64,000 bases of DNA from Diadema antillarum. Lineage: Eukaryota. Shown here one piece after another: positions 25,201-36,443 of this stretch; position 1 is the first letter of the stretch, and each line of letters opens with the position of its first letter. The translations under genes were made by a program, and so were the position numbers. Location of the stretch: contig NW_027271434.1 of the NCBI RefSeq assembly GCF_040938485.1, positions 1,178,001 through 1,242,000 on the forward strand, read 5' to 3'. A model generated the notes under the pieces. The model saw only the letters and a list, made by a program, of their open reading frames with translations, was not told where the DNA came from and made no database searches.

Positions 25201-27961
25201 GAACTGAGAAAAGAGGCTCTGAAGTACAATGTCTATTCAAGCGCTTAATCTTTACCAAACCGTGCTGGCTGTGCGATGAATGGGACAAAAAACAGGAAGT
25301 AAACCACCAGAGTAAAAACAATGAAGGGATTATCAGATTACACTGAAATTAAGCATGACTCATTAACACATTCTGTCCATAATCAATGCCAACTTTCAAA
25401 GCAGTAGCACTATCTTTTCAATAGTTATTACAGTTGAAAGTGAAGAGTGTGGACAAGGTTTTTCAGAAATGAAAAAGGGATTCTACAGACACAGTTAATC
25501 ACACTATTCTACCAAAAATGTTCGAGATAAACTGCTAAAAAACACACTTTCCTGCCCGTTTTATGATACCAAATTTTAGCATACTGTAAAAGAAGACCCG
25601 CTCTTTCAGAAAATACGAAAAAGTCATGTTCGGCTAGGTTAACCCATTTCACTTATTTCCACTCCTCACGCAAAATCAGTGTGTGCGACTTTATGTTCGT
25701 TTTGAGGTGCACGGTCACATATGGTAAGTTGCAAGGGGATGACATGCTCACTTTGCATTTGCATATTCATATTGAGCAATCAAGAACTGCTTTCCTTAAA
25801 AAATATGAAACTTCAAAGTGTCATAAATTCCGTATTTTCAATCTGATTTTGATCAAAATTACATTGTTGAATTCGTAATATTTTACTCTTTCTTACCAGA
25901 TTAACTTATATTTGGACTGGATTTCCTCTTTAAAGAGCCTGTCATGGACATTATATGACATGACAGATGACGCTAGACATTTCAACGATCCATTCGAGGG
26001 TAACACCAACCTCATGTCAAATGTATACCTCAAGGAAGAAGTTGCTAAACTGCCCACGTACCCTGGAAGGAAGAGGTAAACTGCTGAGGCACAGCATCTT
26101 CTCCTCATGTGTTACACATAAAAAAATATTTAAAAAAAGAGGCAAAAATTCTCACCATTTTGGTTAGTAGCTTCTGAATCTTATGCTGCTTCTGCGAATC
26201 TTTTGTTTTCTTCAAAGCTTTCTCAAGTTCCTGAATTAGAACATGAAAAACAAGCAAGAAAAAACAACAACAAAGTATTGATATTCAACTTTCACAATCA
26301 CAGCAAGCATTTCACTCATTAAAAGACACCTGTGCTGTAGTGCTAGATGAATTTTTGTAGCACAAAATGCTGTATGTATACAGTAATCTCAAAATGATAT
26401 AAGGAGCATAATCAAACATGTCTGGAAGGACATCTCATGACTCATATTTCACCAAAAAAAAAGTAAGACCTGGTGAGCCACAAATGCACAAATACCTGCA
26501 TATGAGAAGAATAAAACATACAGAGCCCTCACATAGATGACTGTTAAAAACACTTTCCGTATTTTTATCACCAACATTAATAGTTTCTGAAGGATTAAGA
26601 CTCATCTGGCAATTATATTCCTCCTATACTGTCATTAGGTGTGAAATTTAAACTTGACAGGGAACTTTGATAGGTTAACAGTGAACTGTTGCCTTTAAGA
26701 TTACACACTTACCTCCCAAAGAAAATAACACACTCAACATTGCCTTCTTTCTTATTACTGACTGCAAAGAAATCTTTTCTTCACAACTGTTACCCTGCAA
26801 TTGTAATTTTCAGTGAAATCTGCTGTCATACTGAGGTAGTCCCATAGAGAAATTCAAATTATTTTTTAAACTCCACATTTAGGCAGTTATCACATTTGGT
26901 GGTTTTATAAATATTAACAATCAAATTGTGGACTGCCTTTGTGAAATGACACAGAATATCACTGCACATCTGACAAAAGTAAGCCCTGATGTATGGTTCT
27001 GCACAGACAATGTTAATATCCAATAGTTTGTAGACAGTTGGTCCACATTCACAGTGTTTTCAATGTCACGTGCAGATAGCTTTCAGTCGCACCTGCTTTT
27101 CTCTCTCCCTAATACCCTCGACAAACTTGTAGTTCTTGTCAAACAATTCCTCTCTGAATTTCCCTGAAAGGTCATCAAAACGTGGATCTCTTGCCATCTG
27201 TAGAAAACATGTAAAGTAAGAAAGAAGAAAAAATGAGCTTTGGTTTATCCTGACTGGAATAAAAGTTTTATGGAAACCAGTGAGGCGAGGACAATACAAA
27301 CAATTTTTGCAGCAATAATTAAGACAAGCATCACTTGATAAAAACACAGATAATAAACCCTAATAAGAGACCCGGGGGTCACACGCTCACCTGAGTATCG
27401 CAAGTTCACCTTCCATGCATTCTTGCAGACTCTTACCTGAGAACATTGGAAACTTATGGTGGGGGTAGCTTTGAGAATGGGGGCATGGTGTCCATTCACA
27501 TATTCCATCACACTGGTAAAAATACCTGCCAAGTACACTGTACTTTATAGAATGTTGGATTATGCAGCTCGGGAAAAAAGACTTAGTCCTATCACTTTTG
27601 ATTAGAACTAGAGAAAAAAATTATTGAATATTCATTAATTTAGGAGGTGTGGACCCCCTGGGGCCCCCAAGGAAAGCATGGTGCCCATTCAAACACTTTG
27701 AGATCTTATCCCTATGGGAATGCTACTTGACAAGTTGGGTGAAAATCCAGTATGTTGTTTTCAGCAAGAAGATGAAAATTTAGGCCCACATTTGGACCCC
27801 TCCCCCCTCCCATCCCGCTTCCTTGGGTCCCAAGGGGGTGGGGGGGGGGGGGAGGGTCTCCCATGAACAAACTCGAAACAACAGTCATCAATATACTGAC
27901 TCATTGTATTAACTTAGCTCAATCACTTCCGGTTCTTGAGAAAATCTTTTAAGATTCCTTA

Positions 27962-27996
<35 letters not shown>

Positions 27997-29236
27997 CCCT
28001 GGGGCCCCCCAGATGGGGCATGGTGCCCATTTGATGGAATTGAGATTCTATTCCCCTAGAAATGCTACCTGCCAAGTTTGGTGAAAATTAGTGATAGGGT
28101 TTTCAAGAAAAAGATGAAAATTTACAATTTCGGTCCAAATTTAGGCCCCCTTGGGCCCCCCAGGTGGGGCATGGTGCCCATTTGATTGGAACGAGATTAT
28201 TTCCCCCTAGGGATGCTACCTGCCAACTTTGGTGAAAATTCATAATGGCATTTTCAAGAAAGAGATGAAAATGTACAATTTGGGCCACATTAGGACCCCT
28301 CCCCACTCCCCTCCCCCTGGGTTCCAAGGGGGGCACCCCTGATTCCGCCATGAACAAACTTAAAGGACAAGTTCACCTTCATAAACATAAGGATTGAGAG
28401 AATGTAGCAATATTAGTAGAACACATCATTGAAAGTTTGAGGAAAATCGGACAATCCGTTCAAAAGTTATGAATTGTTGAAGTTTTTGTGCAGTAACAGC
28501 TGGATGAGAAGACTACTGCAGTGTGTGAATAACTTAGATGTCACATGCGTACAACAATACAAGGAAAATATAAAGAGAATTTCACAAAATTCCATCTTTT
28601 GAAAAAAGTACACATTCGTCCGACTTGTTACCGACAAATGTTATGGGTAATATTATTCCCCCTGCCTTTAGAAAGAGGCAAGTCAAGTGCTCTTTTATTA
28701 TGCGAAAAAAGTGAAAATATGTTGAATTTTCTTTACATTTTCTTTATACTGTTGCACGCATATTACTCACAAGCTGTAGTAGTCTCCTCATCCAGCGGTT
28801 CCAACACAAAAATTTAAAAAATTCATAACTTTTGCATCGATTGTCCAATTTTCCTCAAACTTTCACTGATGTGTTCTACTAATATTGTTGCATTCTCTCA
28901 ATCTTTATGCTTATGAAGGTGAACTTGTCCTTTAAAACTACAGTCATCAATGTACTAATTCATAGTATTAACTTAGCTCTATCACTTCTGGTTCTAGAGA
29001 AGAAGACTTTTTAAGATTCCTTAATTTTGGGGGGTTTGGGCCCCTCTAGGGTCCCCCAGGTGGGGTATGGTGCCCACTTGAACAAATTAAAATCCTATCC
29101 CCCTAAGGATGCTACCTGCCAAGTTTGGTGAAATCGGTCAAGGGGTTCTCAAGAAGAAGATGAAAATGTATGAAAGTTTATGCACAACGGATGACGGACG
29201 ACGGACAATGGATGCCTGACGAAGAGCAATCGCAAT

Positions 29237-29272
<36 letters not shown>

Positions 29273-32200
29273 GAGATAAAACCACGCTTTATATTTTTCA
29301 TTCTAGTCACAAGACTACCACAAAAAAAAGGAAGAAATTTATCCAAGCAAACATGAATGAGATTTTATCCATCCAGTTAGCAACAGCTCTTTCCTAAATT
29401 TCAAAGCTAATGACAATATAATTCATTTCACACATAATGCAATAAAGAGTACTAATCCACGTCAGCTACTGTGCTGTATTAAACATTTGTCCATAACCCC
29501 TGGAGTACAGCCTCAGGTGTTACTATATACATAAGCCAGCTCGTAAAAGGTGAAACAAATCATTCATATAATTTTGACCAGAACATTTCTGAATATTCTC
29601 ATGCTCTTTATATGATAAAACTAATTCCTTGTTTTGCTTGTTAGTTGTTTGTATATCAGAAATTTCATGCGTATTCTAAAGTCAAAATTTGTCTACAGAT
29701 AACCTTATTTCTAGGGTAATTGTTATGGATTTTGAAAAAAAAAAAAAACTTCCTTATTTAACATAATGTCATATTGATGTTGAAAAAATTACATTTCGGT
29801 CTTTGAGATAATCCGACAGTTTAGAAAGCTCTTTCATATGATGTAACAACCATTTTCTTACAGTGATTTTTTCAAGCACATAAAGACTCACAGACCTTCT
29901 ACTGGGCAGGTGACAACAACATACCTGTTTCTGGACTGGAACGACTTCTCTGAACCTCGACACCTGGATCTTAGACGACATCTCTTGAGGTCTACAGAGG
30001 AATATGGAAGGACAAATTCTTTATCCTTCATCACCACTGATTTTGATGATTATGATGATGATGAAAATGATGATAAAATTAAAGGAAACCAAGACCAAAA
30101 GAGCAATGTGGATTGAGCAGCAACATTAGTAGAACGTATCAGTGAAAGTTTGAGGGAAATTGGACAATTGATGCAAAAGTTATAAATTTTAAAGTTTTGG
30201 TGTTGGAACCACTGAATAAGGAGACTACTAGAGATCATGACATCATGTGTGGACACAACAATATAAAGAAAATATAACACAGAATCACACAAAAATTAAT
30301 TTTTTCATAAAAATTACATTCCATCAACTTGATACTGACATATGTTAAGGGTAGCAATTATTCCACTTGCTTTTTGAAAGCAGTTAGTCAAATGTTCTTT
30401 CATTACACAAGAAAAGTGAAAGCATGTTGAATTTTCTCTATATTTTCTTTATATTGTTTTGGTTTCCTTTAAAGCTACAAATGGTGGTAAAGATACAATG
30501 ATTTGATATACAGCATGATTGTTACCAATGTGATGAGCACGATCTAAAAATGACACCTGGTCCATGGTTAACTGCAAATCATTGGAGTCTGAGCCTCTTA
30601 CCACATAAATCTTCAGAGAATACTTGAGAATGGTGACTATTATACTACTGTAATGATAACAATACTTAAAGAAAAAAAATTGTGACTTCCTTATTTCAAA
30701 CCTTTCTGTGGCTGCAAGCCAATCAGACAATACACATGTCTTCCAATTTTCTCAGGGAAGTGCACAAAGTAATCTGATGTGAAATAGTAATGTCATTACC
30801 AAGAAAACTCAATCTGTACCTACAACTTGCATTTGGCTGTACAGATGGACAATGATACTTGTCACTAATATGTAAATCAAGAACCTTATCTGAGGTTGGT
30901 TGTGTTTAAGTAAAACCATAAGTGGCAAGAAATAAATATAAAGATAGATAGATAAATACATAGATGGATAAATAGATAGATAGATAGATGGATAGATAGA
31001 TAAATGAATGAATAAATAAAAACATATGTGTCGCCGGAATATGTAATATTGGACACTATAAAACACATATTGTACGAGCTGAAATTTTCGCGGTGGTTTT
31101 ATTTTCGCGAATTTCGCGAATCACCTTTGAACCGCGAAAATAACAACGCGCAAATAGTTACGTTCAGTTAGACCGTCGCAACCACGAAATTAACAACACG
31201 CGCAAATGTCCTCCTAGTAGCAATTCGCGAAAATATCTGTACGCGAAAATTTCAGCTCGTACAGTAATCTCTAGTATACAAGAGACGACTTCTTAATAGA
31301 GTGTGGTGCTAATCTTGCAATATCACTACCACCACTAATGACAAATTGTAGTGCTAACAAAAGCATGCCTACAGGCATTCATGATTTAACTTAATTACTA
31401 TGGACGCACATCTCAAGTACTAACCTATTCTTATTTGCCCGTTTAAACTGCTTCTGAGCAGCTTGGGATGACTGTCTTTTTGCACCAAACAAGGCTTCAT
31501 TGTACCTGTGCAGAAAAAAAAAAATGTTGATGATATCGTTCTTGTTTCCACATTGGATGTCTGGCTTGTGTTAAGACACTGTCTTACAGAACCATCATAG
31601 TTTGTTTCAATGTTTTTACAAATACGCCAACATATAACTTGCTATCCAATGACATCTTTAATGTAATCAGTGTTATTAAGCATTGTGACATGAAGACAAA
31701 CAAAAAAGTAATGCTGAATTCAGTCATCAGTACTTTTTTTTCTTCTTCGTCTTCTTCTGTCTGAAATATACCAAACTGGAGATCGAATACATCATACTGG
31801 GGCAGTCTGGTGTCCTTTGTCCTTTACTTCTCATTCCTTGCAAGGAAATCCGCAGTTGTATGTTATACAAAATGTAACAATGCCCCACATTACTCCTAAA
31901 TATGCAACTAAATAGAATCACAGTCATAAGATGAGCACTTTATGACCTGTATCATCATTATTTTGAAAGACAATGTATTTTCCCATTTCAGGAAACAATA
32001 AACAAACATAAGTTGAACATCAAGTGCCTCCCTTCCAAATAAAAGACATGCCTAGAGCAACAATAACAAATCTCTAATGCAGATTTGGCTAGACATTAAA
32101 AGTGAATAAAAGTAAAAAAAGAATAGATGCACTTACACTTTGGATCCAACTCTCTCTTGAATCTTTTGCAGTTCAGCAAAGGGTATTTCAGATAAATCTG

Positions 32201-33129
32201 AAAAATAACATGAAATGTTACAAATAAACTTAGTGGAGGTAAATACCTACAAAACAAATCAAATAGTCTTAAAGGACAAGTTCACCTTCATAGATATGTG
32301 GGTTGAGTGAATGCAGCAATATTAGTAGAACACATCAGTGAGAGTTTGAGCAAAATCGGACAATCCGTTCAAAAGATATGAATTTTTGAATTTTCTGCTC
32401 AGTCACGGCTGAATGACAAGACTACTATAGCTTGTGATGTCACATGAGTACAACGATATAAAGAAAGAATAAAGAAAATGCAACATTTTTCCATTTTTCT
32501 CGCATAACAAAAGAACACTCGACTTCTCTCTTTCAGAAGGCAGGGGGAATAATATTACCCTTAACATATGTCAGCAGCAAGTCGAAGAACTGTGCACTTT
32601 ATTCAAAAATTAAAGTTTTGTGAAATTCTCTTTTTATTTTCCTTATATAGTTGTACGCATGTGACATCATGCACTGTAGTAGTCTTCTCTTCCAGCAGTG
32701 ACTGCGCAGATACTTAAAATATTCATAACTTTTGAACAGATTGTCCAATTTTCCTCAAGCTTTCACTAATGTGTTCATTCTTTACTAAGATAGTGAAATC
32801 CAAGGTCATCTTATATTGTTAGTGCATTCATAATGTAGATCATAGGGTGGGAAATTTCTATAGACAGTACCAGACAAAGAAAAACAATAATCATCATCCT
32901 CTACTCATAATTGTTTCTGAAATACACAAATGTAGAGGCATCACCATGCAAGAAAATTCAGTATCAACATAAAAGGGGAAATATAAAATACTTAGTAACT
33001 GGGAAAATGCCAATACGCCATGGGCCAAAGACATATGAAAAATTGTGTACAAATTAACTTCAAAATTACCTGGACTTAACATCAACAAGAGCAAATGAAA
33101 TCACTGATACTGTGTGTGATGTGTGTGTG

Positions 33130-33169
<40 letters not shown>

Positions 33170-33230
33170 TGTAAATGACATTGAAGAAGCATAGATGGCT
33201 GGTTGTAAACTCACCTTGTTTGATTTCCTC
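22237..33230 (-). CDS. RRP36: Ribosomal RNA processing protein 36 homolog (5' partial)
   Basis: Exons 33230-33215 (EEIKQ), 32197-32137 (DLSEIPFAELQKIQERVGSKV), 31505-31425 (YNEALFG...FKRANKNR), 29991-29925 (PQEMSSK...VVPV), 27197-27093 (ARDPRFDDLSG), 26230-26156, 23085-22968 (GKKPFFLKK) and 22382-22237 (KRKLELAEKFRALK...YLAKRRKKNA). All GT-AG with consistent phases. The start exon was not located. Confidence 0.93.
23521..24030. mobile_element. Truncated copy of the Sola-like element found at 25031-25718
   Basis: ATAT|GTGACCCTGCA start and collinear similarity to 25031-25550; right TIR absent. Confidence 0.6.
24625..25929. mobile_element. Kolobok-like non-autonomous element interrupted by a Sola-like insertion
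   Basis: TTAA TSDs at 24621-24624 and 25930-25933; long TIRs AGAGGAAATCCAGTCCAAA.ATAAGTTA... Confidence 0.8.
25031..25718. mobile_element. Sola-like non-autonomous DNA transposon (ATAT TSD)
   Basis: TIRs GTGACC(C/G)TGCACCTCAAAAC(A/G)AACA with ATAT on both sides (25027-25030, 25719-25722). An AT-rich 4-bp TSD fits Sola; the superfamily call is inferred. Confidence 0.65.
27362..29272 (-). mobile_element. Helentron/HINE (DINE-1/Tsp/pearl-like) element with internal tandem repeats
   Basis: Terminal hairpin AGCTCACTTGAGCC-TTC-GGCTCAGGTGAGCT (29237-29267), GGAC-type microsatellite (~29190-29215), subterminal GCTCACCTGAG at 27385, and about five related internal units containing ATGCTACCTGCCAAGTTTGGTGAAA. 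Confidence 0.7.
28364..28931. mobile_element. Kolobok-like MITE (568 bp) inserted in the HINE element
   Basis: TTAA|AGGACAAGTTCACCTTCATAA ... TTATGAAGGTGAACTTGTCCT|TTAA. Removing it restores a unit matching the neighbouring HINE repeat (AACAAACT..AAAC.ACAGTCATCAAT). Confidence 0.9.
30083..30468. mobile_element. Internally deleted Kolobok-like element
   Basis: TTAA|AGGAAACCA ... TGGTTTCCT|TTAA; interior is homologous to the 28364 and 51522 copies. Confidence 0.75.
31068..31266. mobile_element. TA-flanked Tc1/pogo-like MITE rich in TTCGCGAA
   Basis: TIRs (C/T)TGTACGAGCTGAAA.TTTTCGCG with TA flanks. Confidence 0.75.
32273..32780. mobile_element. Kolobok-like copy (AGGACAAGTTCACCTTCATA family), right end truncated
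   Basis: Collinear with 28364-28931. Further fragments at ~9705-10010, ~33615-34020 and ~35615-35804. Confidence 0.75.
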
Positions 33231-34171
33231 CTGCATGAAACATGGAAAGAGGAAGAAAATGATTTGCTAATATGCTCAACTTTTTTTTTTCTCTCAGATT
33301 TAAACTGAGCAACTTCAAAGAGAAAACAAACACAAAAATAACTTCAAAAGACAACTTCAACTGGTCAGTTTTGTACTACATCAACTATTTACTAATAAAC
33401 TGAGAAATTCTAACAGAATAAAAAGATATTATGATATGTTATTTTCATTTATAAGTACAGAATCTACATAAGGCCTATAGACATTAATCTCTGCTTGCAA
33501 ATCCTAGAATATAAGACATTCTAGAACATAGAATCATAGCTTTATTACCTTTTGTTCTAGCTCGCATTCTTTGCTATTCAGTCAAATGGGGGGGGGGGGA
33601 TCTCCACAAATGCATTACAAGTTCACCTTCATATACATGATGAGGAATGAGTGAATGCAGCAATTATTATTAGAACACATCAGTGAAAGTTTTGGGAAAA
33701 TCAGACAGTCCGTTCACATTGACATCAGAAGTTATGAATTTTTAAAGTGTCTGCACAGTCACTGCTGGATGAGAAGACTACTACAGTGTATGATGTCAAT
33801 TGCATACAACAATATACATGTAAGGAAAATATAAAGAGAATTTCACATATTCTTATTTTCTGAAAAAAGTGCACATTTCCTCGACTTGTCACTGACGTAC
33901 AGTATGTTAAGGGTAATATTATTTCCCCTGCCTTCTGAAAGAGCAAAGTCACGAATTCTTTTACGATGTGAGAAAAGTAAAAATATGTTTAATTTTTCTT
34001 TGTTTGGTTTCTATTGTTGTACACATGTGGGAAGGTTAGAAGAATTCCTGAATTTGTTTATGGTGGTTATCCACTTGAGGTTGTAGATGACTTTGTGTAC
34101 CTTAGAGTAAGATTTAATTATAATGGTAGTTTTAAAAGAGGTAATTTCTCAACAAGTCACACAAGCTAAAG

Positions 34172-34339
34172 AAAATGACCGCACGAACATCTATGGCATG
34201 CCAAATGCTCCATACAATCACTATATCAGTACACTTATGTTTATTGATTAAAGTACTTTAAGTGTTCGAGCGCTAAATTTAACTTCGTAATATTGTGAAT
34301 GAGCATTTGGCTTGCCATAGACCTTCGTGCGGTCATTTT
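34172..34339. repeat. 168-bp inverted-repeat element with ~39-bp arms
   Basis: AAAATGACCGCACGAA..TCTATGGCA.GCCAAATGCTC at 34172 and its reverse complement at 34301-34339. Confidence 0.75.
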
Positions 34340-36443
34340 TCAAACGAAGGCGGCGATGAATTGGGGAGTGCTGCAAAGAAGTGGAGGAAACAACCAGAAA
34401 ACAGGGGGAAACAGTGGAAGAGGAGAGTCAAAATGTTTACTGATTAATCCTGTATATATTTTTTCCAGATTGGTTTGAAAACCAAGCTGGAAAAAATAAT
34501 AATAGCCATTTTTATGCAGGGGGAACCGGGTCGAAGTTGTGTTTCAACCAGAACGGTTGAACCGTCGCAAAAATCGTATGTATCAATGGTGTCTGTCTAA
34601 GAAGCAAAAAACTGACCCAGCAAATGTCATTATTATAAATGAGAAGTTTTTCGCGGAATTAGACATACTTGTCGGTCAAGGTTACCATAAGTAGTATGGT
34701 TGGGTGTTCATGACACCGACCACCTAACGTTTTTCTATCAATAGAAAAGTGAAAAATCTCACAATTTACCTGAAATTTTACTCACGTGTGGAGAAAATAC
34801 TCCGGATTCACAAGCACACACTGAAAATGCGATCTGAGGTACGCGCTCTAGATGGCGGCTTCGAACGCGTGGGGTGTCATTTTTTCCGCACTCGGTTGCC
34901 CTGTACATTTAAACCGACCACCCTGACAATACGTATAAAGCGCACTTAAATGCATTTTTTTCGACAAGCTGCTGCTTTGTTTCTAGCCGTTATTTTTCCC
35001 CCCAATAATATTTGAATATATTTTGAATCCTTCGATATTACTTTTGAAGGACTGTTTGATGAATTTGAATTGATCGTAATTGAAATCTATGAGTCGGTCT
35101 GTTTTTTCACATTCATTTCTCGTTTCTGCTTCAACTCGTACGGTCGTAGTAAACGACAAAATAATTATGTCATGTGTATGTGTAACGTGTGTGCACGATC
35201 GTACAAGCGGCGGAGTTTGAGAGAGCGGCATAATGACAATTTTGCGGTCAAAATCGTCAAATTTATTACGGAAGGATACTCTACATCTAACGAGTCAGCA
35301 AAGGTAGGCCTAGTTGTAATATATGTAGTTACACAATAAATCCTATTCTATTTTGCTAAATTTCGGTAATTTAGAGGGAATATTTATTTGTTTTCGCTTC
35401 ATTTTACTCGGTAGCGTGGCCCAGTGAAGAATCGAACACCGTTGCGCGTAGCAACATGCGTACATTTTCTTTCTGTACGCGCAATGCCATTATAGAGCGC
35501 GGTCAGTTCATATGGACCCGGTCGGTGTGTTGAACACCTACCATACTAACATATTACATGTTAGTAGGGCAACTTAACGTTAAAATAACCCTAATTTAGG
35601 TAGGTTTCTAGTAACGCTACAGTACTCTTCTCATCCAGCAGTGACTGAGCAGAAACTTCAAAAATTCATTAACATTTAAACGGGATGTTCAATTTTCCTC
35701 AAACTCTCACTGATGTGTTCTACTAATATTGATGCATTCACTCAATCCACATGTCTATGTAGGCCTAAGACTAATAGTCTAGAGTATGAAGGTTGACTTG
35801 TCCTTTAAATTCATATCATCAACGAACCGCAATCTCTGTATATGGGACTAAGTTTACAGCTGTTAGCGCATCAACTAGCACACAGTGGAAACAAGTTGCA
35901 CATACCTGGACTCTGAGGTCACTTTATGATATAGAGTGGAATTGGACATCTAGTTGTAACGTAAACGTAAACTCTGGGAATGCCACTTACCATATTTCAC
36001 TTGTATTCTTAACGCAGGAAGCAAAACAATGAAAGGCGCCGTCCTACTAGACTAGACCTAGATCGCTGTAAAGCCCCCAGCGCAGCAAGCGCAACGTGTG
36101 TTGATCAAGGTAGAACGCTGCCATCTAGCGACGAGATAAATATAATGTTCTCGCGCTCTTTGGTCAAACTAGGTACTGTACCACAAGTTGCGGGAGATAT
36201 TCAGCTCACAACACATCCACGCCATACGCCACGCCGCCTCCACGCACGCAGCAGAGGCACGCAGAGAGAGCTGAGCTAGCCCAATCCTCAATCAATTAAC
36301 TGTTAGATCTAACGTTAGACCCCTTTAGCTAACAGTTAGGCACGTCAAAGTAGAGTCAGAAGTCGCCTTTCACTCGACACAAACCAGTTTCTCTGGCCGT
36401 TTCTCTCTGGTAGTAACTGAAGCGAATCTGTAAAGAACCAAAC

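Noticed and set aside
25967-26084. Short + strand ORF MTDDARHFNDPF... within an RRP36 intron
   Set aside because: Only ~39 aa, with no recognisable homology or splice context.
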